Shown here: positions 40,161 to 47,257 of the stretch, piece after piece
How the letters are laid out: every line of letters begins with the position of its first letter
Position numbering within the stretch: the first letter of the stretch is position 1
Assembly (NCBI GenBank): GCA_947302825.1
Contig: CAMYWP010000001.1
Location: forward strand, 1 to 61,038
Length of the DNA: 61,038 bases
Reading direction: 5' to 3'
From: an uncultured Bacteroidales bacterium
GTDB lineage: Bacteria > Bacteroidota > Bacteroidia > Bacteroidales > UBA932
Made by a program: the position numbers and the translations under genes
Notes under the pieces: model-generated
What the model was told of the DNA's origin: nothing
The model's database searches: none
Seen by the model: the letters and a program-made list of their open reading frames with translations, nothing else

Positions 40161-40265
40161 CTGGCAAGTAACTGTTTGAAACAGAATAAAATACAGAAAG
40201 TAATCGTTCAAAAATCGAACGATTAATGTTAGGAAACAATTGAGAGTCAATAAGATATGCGCCAG
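40161..40265. repeat. 105-bp dyad-hairpin-dyad element, copy 3
   Basis: CTGGC...GCCAG ends and a central TAATCGTTC-AAAAATC-GAACGATTA hairpin. Contains the ATG of the GH20 gene. Confidence 0.8.
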
Positions 40266-42185
40266 TTAAAAACCTTCTTATTATTGTTCCTGGTGGCTTG
40301 TTCCGGACCGGCCGTGGAGTGGTCGGAGGGAGAAGTACAGGCCGATGGCCGCGCCCATCACAGCCTGGTGCTGAAAAACGTGCCGGGCGGCTCACGTGTC
40401 TGGTTCCAGGTGTTGTACGACAACTGTGAAGTGGTGCAGCCGGAAGGGCTCTCCATCCAACATTTTCAGGGAACATCCTGCTACATTGATATCCCGGCCG
40501 ATGCTCCTAAAACGCTGAGCATCGTGTATTCCGACCGGCCGCTGCCCCGCCATTCCTGGGCTCCGGAAGGCTTCCTGCTTCAGCAAAAGGGCAAGGCCGA
40601 TAAGCCGCTTCCGGTTACCTACAAGTTTCTGGAGCATACGGCAACACCGATAGATGCCAGCTGGTTTGCCGCCCGCTACCAGGTGCAGCCCGGGGATATG
40701 ATTCCCCGTCCGAAGGTCATCACCTATGGCGCAGAGGTGCCTGCCTCCAAGTCGGAGCGCCCTAAGGGCTGGTACCGCATTACCATCAGCGGGGGAGAAG
40801 TAGCCGTGTTTGCCATCGATCAAGAAGGCGAGATCTACGCCCAGGAGACCCTGGACAAACTGGCCGATGAACTGCCGGACATGGTCATCGAAGATTGGCC
40901 GGACCTGGGGCTGCGCGGCTTCATGCTGGATGTGGTCCGCAACTTCCGCAGCAAGGAAGAAGTGCTGCAGGTGCTGGACATCATGGCTTCCTACAAGCTC
41001 AATATGCTGCATTTCCACCTGGGCGACGACGAAGCCTGGTGCCTGGAAATCCCTAAACTTCCGGAACTTACGGCCTTCAGCGGTCATCATGCGCTCCCGG
41101 AATGGGACCTGCAGGAAATTCAGGCCCTGAAGCCCGCCAACGATGGAAAGATCGGCCAGACTACTTTCTACACGGAGGCCGAATACAAGGAAATCCTGCG
41201 CTATGCCTGGGAACGGGGCATTGCCGTGGTGCCGGAGTTCGATGCCCCGGGCCATTCGCGTGCCGCCATCAAGGCCATGCAATCCTACGAGCGCAAGACC
41301 GGAGACGCCAGTTATCGCTTGCAGGATCCGGCCGATCAATCCCAATACTGGAGCGCCCAGGATTTCACGGACAATGTATTGGATCCAGACCTGCCGGGCG
41401 TGTACAAGTTTTACGGCGTGGTGTTCGACGAAGTAATCCGTATGCACAAGGAGGCCGATGTGCCGCTGCCGGGCATCCATATCGGCGGCGATGAAGTGCC
41501 GGGTGGCAGCTGGGCTGGCCGCGACCGCAAACAGGTGAAGGACACTTTCACACGCGGCATCCTGGCCCTGGCGCAGGAACGTGATATCAAGCTGGCCGGT
41601 TGGCAGGAAATGGTGCAGGGCATCGCTCCCGAGACCCTGGAACAGCTGAAACCGCAGTTGCTCTTCGTGAACGCCTGGAGCACGCGCGGCGACGATATCG
41701 AACTCAGCTATCAGCTGGCAAACGACGGCATCCCCGTGCTGTTGTCCAATGTGCAGAACGCTTATGTGGATCTGGCGTACAGCGACGATCCCACTGAAAT
41801 CGGCCTGCATTGGGGTGGCTATGTAGATGAGCGGAAATCCTTCGCCCTGCAGCCCTGGAAGATTTACGAATCCGAACGTTGGAAAGGCGTGGATACTCCC
41901 GTGGATTGGCAGCACGCCGCCCAGGGACGTACTCCGCTCCTGAGGCCGGACATGATTGTGGGCGCCGAAGCCCTCCTTTGGGGAGAAAACGTCCGGAGCA
42001 TCCAGGAGGTCACTTTCCAAATGCTGCCCAAGGCCCTGGGCATCTGGGAACGTGCCTGGAATTCCTGCCCGGACTGGCCCACGGACAAAGCTTTTGCCCA
42101 GGATTTCGACCGCTATTACTCCATTATCAAGGCGGTGGAAATGCCCCGCTGGGAGGCTGCTGGATACGAATATAAAAAGAGATAA
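40257..42185 (+). CDS. Glycoside hydrolase family 20 beta-N-acetylhexosaminidase (lipoprotein)
   Basis: RGFMLDVVRNF, HFHLGDDE, PEFDAPGH, HIGGDE catalytic motif and LWGE. Confidence 0.9.
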   Translation: MRQLKTFLLLFLVACSGPAVEWSEGEVQADGRAHHSLVLKNVPGGSRVWFQVLYDNCEVVQPEGLSIQHFQGTSCYIDIPADAPKTLSIVYSDRPLPRHSWAPEGFLLQQKGKADKPLPVTYKFLEHTATPIDASWFAARYQVQPGDMIPRPKVITYGAEVPASKSERPKGWYRITISGGEVAVFAIDQEGEIYAQETLDKLADELPDMVIEDWPDLGLRGFMLDVVRNFRSKEEVLQVLDIMASYKLNMLHFHLGDDEAWCLEIPKLPELTAFSGHHALPEWDLQEIQALKPANDGKIGQTTFYTEAEYKEILRYAWERGIAVVPEFDAPGHSRAAIKAMQSYERKTGDASYRLQDPADQSQYWSAQDFTDNVLDPDLPGVYKFYGVVFDEVIRMHKEADVPLPGIHIGGDEVPGGSWAGRDRKQVKDTFTRGILALAQERDIKLAGWQEMVQGIAPETLEQLKPQLLFVNAWSTRGDDIELSYQLANDGIPVLLSNVQNAYVDLAYSDDPTEIGLHWGGYVDERKSFALQPWKIYESERWKGVDTPVDWQHAAQGRTPLLRPDMIVGAEALLWGENVRSIQEVTFQMLPKALGIWERAWNSCPDWPTDKAFAQDFDRYYSIIKAVEMPRWEAAGYEYKKR

Positions 42186-42191
42186 AGAATT

Positions 42192-43181
42192 ATGATCGTT
42201 GCAGTTGTGGGTGCCACCGGTGTGGTGGGCACCAAAATGTTGGAAGTGTTGGAAGAACGCCATTTCCCGGTAACGGAGCTGTTGCCGGTAGCCTCGTCAC
42301 GTTCGTGGGGCAAGAAAGTGAAATTCCAAGGCCGGGAATGGACGGTAATCAGCGCCGATGAAGCCATCGCCCGGAAGCCCGCGCTGGCCCTGTTCAGCGC
42401 CGGCGGAACCACGTCGGGCGAACTGGCGCCGCGTTTTGCGGCTATCGGCTGCTATGTGGTGGACAATTCCTCCTTCTGGCGGATGGACCCGAATGTGCCG
42501 CTGGTGGTGCCGGAAATCAACGCCGATGTCCTGAAGCCCAAAGACTACATCATCGCCAACCCCAACTGCTCCACCATCCAGATGGTGCTGGCCCTGGCCC
42601 CTCTGCACAAGGCCTGGGGCATCAAGCGCATCGTGGTGAGCACCTACCAGAGCGTGACCGGCGCCGGTCAGAAGGGCATTGAGCAACTGGAGGCCGAAAG
42701 AGCCGGCGGCAGTGGCACCAAGTTCCCCCATCCCATTGATATGAACGTGCTTCCGCACATCGATTCCTTCCTGCCGGACGGCTACACGAAGGAGGAGATG
42801 AAGATGGTGAACGAAACCCGCAAAATCCTGCGCGATCCATCTATCGCCGTGAGCGCCACCACCGTGCGCGTGCCGGTAAAAGGCGGCCACTCGGAAAGCG
42901 TAAACGTGGAATTCCGGCAGCCCTATGACCTGGAGCAGGCCCGGCAGCTTATGGCCGATATGCCCGGCGTAGTGGTGCAGGACGACCCCGCCAACAACGT
43001 GTACCCGATGCCCCTGTTTGCCTGGGGCAAGGACGAAGTGTTCGTGGGCCGCATCCGCCGCGATCCTTCGGTGGAGAATGGCCTGAATCTTTGGTGCGTG
43101 TCCGACAACATCCGCAAAGGCGCCGCCACCAACGCCGTTCAAATCGCTCAGGTGTTGCTGGCCAACGGCTGGTTAAACTAA
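42192..43181 (+). CDS. asd: Aspartate-semialdehyde dehydrogenase
   Basis: VGATGVVG, DNSSFWR, ANPNCST, STYQSVTGAG and DNIRKGAA motifs. Confidence 0.96.
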   Translation: MIVAVVGATGVVGTKMLEVLEERHFPVTELLPVASSRSWGKKVKFQGREWTVISADEAIARKPALALFSAGGTTSGELAPRFAAIGCYVVDNSSFWRMDPNVPLVVPEINADVLKPKDYIIANPNCSTIQMVLALAPLHKAWGIKRIVVSTYQSVTGAGQKGIEQLEAERAGGSGTKFPHPIDMNVLPHIDSFLPDGYTKEEMKMVNETRKILRDPSIAVSATTVRVPVKGGHSESVNVEFRQPYDLEQARQLMADMPGVVVQDDPANNVYPMPLFAWGKDEVFVGRIRRDPSVENGLNLWCVSDNIRKGAATNAVQIAQVLLANGWLN

Positions 43182-43194
43182 GACAGTAAAGCAA

Positions 43195-44433
43195 ATGATG
43201 GACTGGGAACTGTTCAGGCAGATTTTGGAGATAGATTCCACTACCGGAAAGGAACGGGGAGTGGCCGAATGGCTGTTGCAGCACTTGGAGGCTCCTTCCA
43301 AGGAGGCTTATGAAGTGGGCGACGGCACCCTGAACCTGCTCCTGTCCTGGGGTACCCCCCGTGTCGTCTTCTGCACCAACATGGACACCGTCCCGCCCTA
43401 TATTGCACCGTCTTTTCCGGAGGGGATATACCTCTCCAAAACGTCGCTTCGCGACCCCTCCCATCCTAACGGATGGGCCCCTCCCACCTTTGAGGGGGGC
43501 GCTGCCCCCCTATTATCCCCCTGCGGCTCCCAGCCTAGTATGTCCTTGGAACAGGTCCAAGGACACGGCCTCCGCCGGCGCTCTGCAGAGCGCAGTGAAT
43601 CCTGCGAAGGTAATTCCCTCCGCAATGAGAACAAGTGTCATTCTGAGCGAAACGAAGAATCTCCGGTCATTAGCGGGCGTGGTGCATGCGATGCTAAGGG
43701 GCAGATTTTTGCCATGTATACGGCTTGTAAGGAGTTGGAAAAGGAGGGATGTACGGATTTCGGGCTGCTGCTGTTGGCGGGGGAGGAAACTGGATCCTGG
43801 GGTGCCAAGGCGTTTGCCAAGAAGGATTTCAAGGCTCCGTTCCTGATAGTGGGAGAGCCCACTGAGAACAAGATGGTGAGTGCTTCCAAAGGCACCAAGT
43901 CCTATGACCTGACATTCAGCGGGAAGGCTTTCCATTCCGGTTATCCGCAGTTCGGAGAAAGTGCCATTGACCACTTCAACGAATTCTATAACAAGCTGAA
44001 AGCGAAAGATTTCGGCCTTGACCCGGAGTTGGGGGAGACCACATGGAATGTTGGGCTGCTGCATAGCGGCAATCCGCAGAATATTCTGTCTCCGGAGCTC
44101 AATTGCCGCCTGTATTTCCGGACCACGTTTGTCTCCGACCAGGCCGTTCAGGACTGGATGGCCGCGCAAAGCGGGAACATCACGGTGCAGGCGCGGGGCG
44201 GAGACAGCCCGGCCCGGTACGTGACGCTTCCGGGCTTCGAGAGCGCTCCGGTGGCGTTCGGCAGCGATGCCCCGCACCTAAGTAATTTCGGCCACAAGAT
44301 CATCTGCGGCCCCGGAACTATCCGGGTAGCCCACCGAGATGAAGAACACATCACGGTGCAAGACCTGGAAACCGCCGTGGAGCAATATATCCGCATGGCC
44401 CATTCATTATGGGCCGTGGAGGTAAAAAACTGA
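43195..44433 (+). CDS. M20 metallo-deacylase (DapE/ArgE-like, probably succinyl-DAP desuccinylase) with an approximately 82-aa in-frame hairpin-rich segment
   Basis: NMDTVPP, GRGACDAKG, GEE, GEPT, GKAFHSG and AHRDEE motifs. Lies inside the dap cluster. Confidence 0.8.
   Translation: MMDWELFRQILEIDSTTGKERGVAEWLLQHLEAPSKEAYEVGDGTLNLLLSWGTPRVVFCTNMDTVPPYIAPSFPEGIYLSKTSLRDPSHPNGWAPPTFEGGAAPLLSPCGSQPSMSLEQVQGHGLRRRSAERSESCEGNSLRNENKCHSERNEESPVISGRGACDAKGQIFAMYTACKELEKEGCTDFGLLLLAGEETGSWGAKAFAKKDFKAPFLIVGEPTENKMVSASKGTKSYDLTFSGKAFHSGYPQFGESAIDHFNEFYNKLKAKDFGLDPELGETTWNVGLLHSGNPQNILSPELNCRLYFRTTFVSDQAVQDWMAAQSGNITVQARGGDSPARYVTLPGFESAPVAFGSDAPHLSNFGHKIICGPGTIRVAHRDEEHITVQDLETAVEQYIRMAHSLWAVEVKN
43417..43662. 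repeat. Composite array of hairpins including a family-A core, read in-frame inside the DapE-like gene
   Basis: GTCGC-TTC-GCGAC, CCCATCC-TAAC-GGATGGG, AGGGGGGC-GCT-GCCCCCCT, TGTCCTTGGA-N5-TCCAAGGACA, GCGCTCTGCAGAGCGC and TGTCATTCTGAGCGAAACGAAGAATCT. Confidence 0.8.
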
Positions 44434-44520
44434 CAGTGAACAAGATACGCAAAATCGATTGTGCCGAAACTGATAATCGATTTTGCATAAGTAAATGAGA
44501 ATCAATAACTTCATTCCACA
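44415..44520. repeat. 106-bp dyad-hairpin-dyad element, divergent copy 4
   Basis: GTGGA/TCCAC caps, two dyads at the same spacing and a central GCAAAATCGATT-N14-AATCGATTTTGC hairpin. Confidence 0.7.
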
Positions 44521-44522
44521 CG

Positions 44523-45185
44523 ATGATAAAAGTGATTATCAGTGGCTACGGAAAGATGGGCCACATGATTGAAAAGGAGCTGGAAAAGCGCGGGATTGAG
44601 CTGGTAGCGGCCAGCGAGGATATCACGGCCACGGAACCCGAGGTGGCCAAGGAGTGCGTCTGCATCGATTTCACCACGCCCGAGGCTTTCAGGGCCAACT
44701 ATCCGTTTATTGCCCGGCATTTCAAGGCCGCAGTGATTGGAACCACCGGCTGGAACGATATCCGTACCGAAGTAAGGGATGCCTTCCTGGATGCCGGTAC
44801 GCCCATGATTTACGCCTCCAACTTCTCCCTGGGCGTGAACGCCCTGTTCAAAGCTGTGGAGAAGGTGAGTGCCATGCTCAAAGGCGCCGGCTATACTCCT
44901 CAGATTACGGAAACCCATCACATCCACAAACTGGATGCCCCTTCCGGAACGGCCAAGTCCCTGGCCGAACTGGTAGAAAAAGGTCTGGAAGAAAAGCCCG
45001 AAATCACCTCCATCCGCGAGGGAGAAGTAGCTGGTATCCATACGCTTACACTCACATCGGCGGCCGATAAACTCTCGCTTACTCACGAAGCTTTCTCCCG
45101 CGAAGGCTTCGCCCAGGGCGCGGTGGTGGCAGCCCTCATGACCGAAGGGCTGCAAGGCGTTCACGAATTCGGAGACCTGCTATGA
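44523..45185 (+). CDS. dapB: 4-hydroxy-tetrahydrodipicolinate reductase
   Basis: GYGKMG, IDFT, GTTGW, SNFSLG and ETHHIHKLDAPSGTA motifs. Confidence 0.95.
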   Translation: MIKVIISGYGKMGHMIEKELEKRGIELVAASEDITATEPEVAKECVCIDFTTPEAFRANYPFIARHFKAAVIGTTGWNDIRTEVRDAFLDAGTPMIYASNFSLGVNALFKAVEKVSAMLKGAGYTPQITETHHIHKLDAPSGTAKSLAELVEKGLEEKPEITSIREGEVAGIHTLTLTSAADKLSLTHEAFSREGFAQGAVVAALMTEGLQGVHEFGDLL

Positions 45186-47245
45186 ACTTCTGCGTGCTGA
45201 AATTCGGCGGCTCGTCCGTAGCATCGGCCACCAACATGTCCCGCGTGCTGGATATTGTGGAAAAAGAGGCCGTCCGGGGCAAGGTGGTGCTGGTGAGCAG
45301 CGCCATCAGCGGTTGCACGGATGCCCTGCTCAAGGCCGACGAAGCCGGCATCCAGGAAATGGAGCGGCGGCACCGCGATATCGTGAGCCGGCTCTTTACC
45401 GGCGAGCAGCGGAAGCTGGTGCAGGAGCGCATCGACGGGCTGTTTGCCCAGTTAAGGCAGGCCCCGGAGGCGGAAAAAGTGACCTTCGGCGAAATCCTCT
45501 CCACCACCATCCTGGCCGCCAAGCTGGCCGAAGAAGGCGCCAGCACCGTCTGGCTGGATTCGCGCGAACTGGTGGTGCGTGACGACGAACCCGAAACCTA
45601 TCGGCGTATCCAAAAGGCCATCCAGGCCACGCCGGCCGATTTATACATTGCCCCCGGCTTCATCTGCCAGGACAAGGAAGGCCACATCTGCACCCTGGGC
45701 CGGGGCGGCTCCGACTACAGCGCCGCGCTCTACGCCGCCGCGTTGCAGGCCCAAAGCCTCCAGATCTGGACCGATGTCCCCGGCATCATGACTGCTAACC
45801 CCAAGCAGGTTCCGGCGGCACGGACCATCCCGCGGATGTCGTACCAGAGCGCGCTGGACATGGCTTCCCACGGCGCCAAAGTGCTGTATGCACCCACCGT
45901 GGCGCCCGCCATGAACGCCGGCATCGACATTGAAATCCGTAATACCTTTGCTCCGGATGGGAAGTTCACCGTCATCGGCGCGGAAAAAGACCCGTCCCGC
46001 TGGATTGGCGTGGCCTCTGAAAAGGGACACATCCGGCTGGTGGGCGTGGATCTGTCTGAACAAGACGGAAAGGCCGAAGCGAAGCACGCCTTGCAGGAAG
46101 TGGGCATTCAGGCTTTGAGCATCCAGGCGGATGGCCCCAGCCTTGATATTACAGTTAAGGAAGCCGTGCTGGAAACGGCCCTCCGCGCCCTTCACCGGGC
46201 GTTTTTCCAGGAATTGCCCGTCCGGGAAGTGAATCTGTTCATCGCCGGTAACGGCGCCGTGGCCAAGGCGCTGGTGGAGATGATAGAACAATCGGCCGAG
46301 AGCGTGAAAGAGCGCACCGGCAAGAGCTTGCGCATAGTAGGACGGGCCGATAGCCGGCACTTCGGCATCGACCTGGGCGGCGCGCCCAAGCTGGAACAGG
46401 AGGGCGATTACATCGAATCCATCCTGCAGCAGGCCCCCAAGGGTTCCCTCTTCATCGACGCCACCAACAGCGAAACCCTCTACGAACGCTATCCGGTGCT
46501 GCTGGAGGCCGGTATCGGCATTGTTTCCAGTAACCGCCGCTCCTTTGCCGTACCGTATCCGGCCTATGCCGCCATGCATGCGGCGGCCCGCGAAAACGGC
46601 GTGATCCTGCGTTATGGCACCACGGTAGGCGCGGCCCTGCCTATGCTGGAGTCCATCGCTCGCGGCGCCAACAGCTGCGACGAACTGCTGTCCATCGAGG
46701 CCGTGGTTTCCTGCACCCTGAACCAAATTCTGGGCGGCTACCAGCCGGGTGGGGAAAGCTTTGCCTCCCTGTTGAGGAAGGCCCAGCGGGCAGGGCTCAC
46801 CGAGGCCGATCCGCGTCTGGACCTGGGCGGTCGCGACGCCCTTCGCAAACTGCTCATCCTCTCCCGCGAAGCCGGCGTTCAACTGGAAGAACAGGACGTG
46901 GAAATTACGCCCATTGTGCCCGCGGAGCTGTTCCAGGGCACGGTGGAGGAATTCTACAAAGGGTTAGAGGCCTACGAAGGAACGTTATCCCAAGCTGCTC
47001 GCGTGGCCGAAGTCCAAGGCTTTCGCCGCCGCTTTGTAGCTTCGTTGGAAAAGACGGCCGAGGGTTACAAGGCCGGCATCGGCATCCGCAACGTGCCGCC
47101 GGTCCATCCCGCCTATCACCTGCGCGGCACGGAGAACGCCATCATCGTCCGCAGTGCCTTCCACCCCTATCCGCTGGTGATCCAAGGCCCCGGCGAAGGC
47201 GCCCGCGAAGCCGCCAGCAGCATCCTGAACGATATTCTCCGCTAG
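45182..47245 (+). CDS. thrA: Bifunctional aspartokinase/homoserine dehydrogenase (compact form)
   Basis: VLKFGGSSV, TLGRGGSDYSA and WTDVPG (AK). GNGAVA, TTVGAALP, EADPRLDLGGRD and GPGEG (HSDH). Confidence 0.88.
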   Translation: MNFCVLKFGGSSVASATNMSRVLDIVEKEAVRGKVVLVSSAISGCTDALLKADEAGIQEMERRHRDIVSRLFTGEQRKLVQERIDGLFAQLRQAPEAEKVTFGEILSTTILAAKLAEEGASTVWLDSRELVVRDDEPETYRRIQKAIQATPADLYIAPGFICQDKEGHICTLGRGGSDYSAALYAAALQAQSLQIWTDVPGIMTANPKQVPAARTIPRMSYQSALDMASHGAKVLYAPTVAPAMNAGIDIEIRNTFAPDGKFTVIGAEKDPSRWIGVASEKGHIRLVGVDLSEQDGKAEAKHALQEVGIQALSIQADGPSLDITVKEAVLETALRALHRAFFQELPVREVNLFIAGNGAVAKALVEMIEQSAESVKERTGKSLRIVGRADSRHFGIDLGGAPKLEQEGDYIESILQQAPKGSLFIDATNSETLYERYPVLLEAGIGIVSSNRRSFAVPYPAYAAMHAAARENGVILRYGTTVGAALPMLESIARGANSCDELLSIEAVVSCTLNQILGGYQPGGESFASLLRKAQRAGLTEADPRLDLGGRDALRKLLILSREAGVQLEEQDVEITPIVPAELFQGTVEEFYKGLEAYEGTLSQAARVAEVQGFRRRFVASLEKTAEGYKAGIGIRNVPPVHPAYHLRGTENAIIVRSAFHPYPLVIQGPGEGAREAASSILNDILR

Positions 47246-47257
47246 CCATATAATCCC

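Noticed and set aside
34124..43662. In-frame segments as inteins or self-splicing introns
   Set aside because: Too short, with no Cys/Ser...His-Asn intein termini and no group I/II features. RNA-level removal is not excluded but has no support here.
16246..44520. Repeated elements as a CRISPR array
   Set aside because: Copies are dispersed kilobases apart with no repeat-spacer periodicity and no cas genes.
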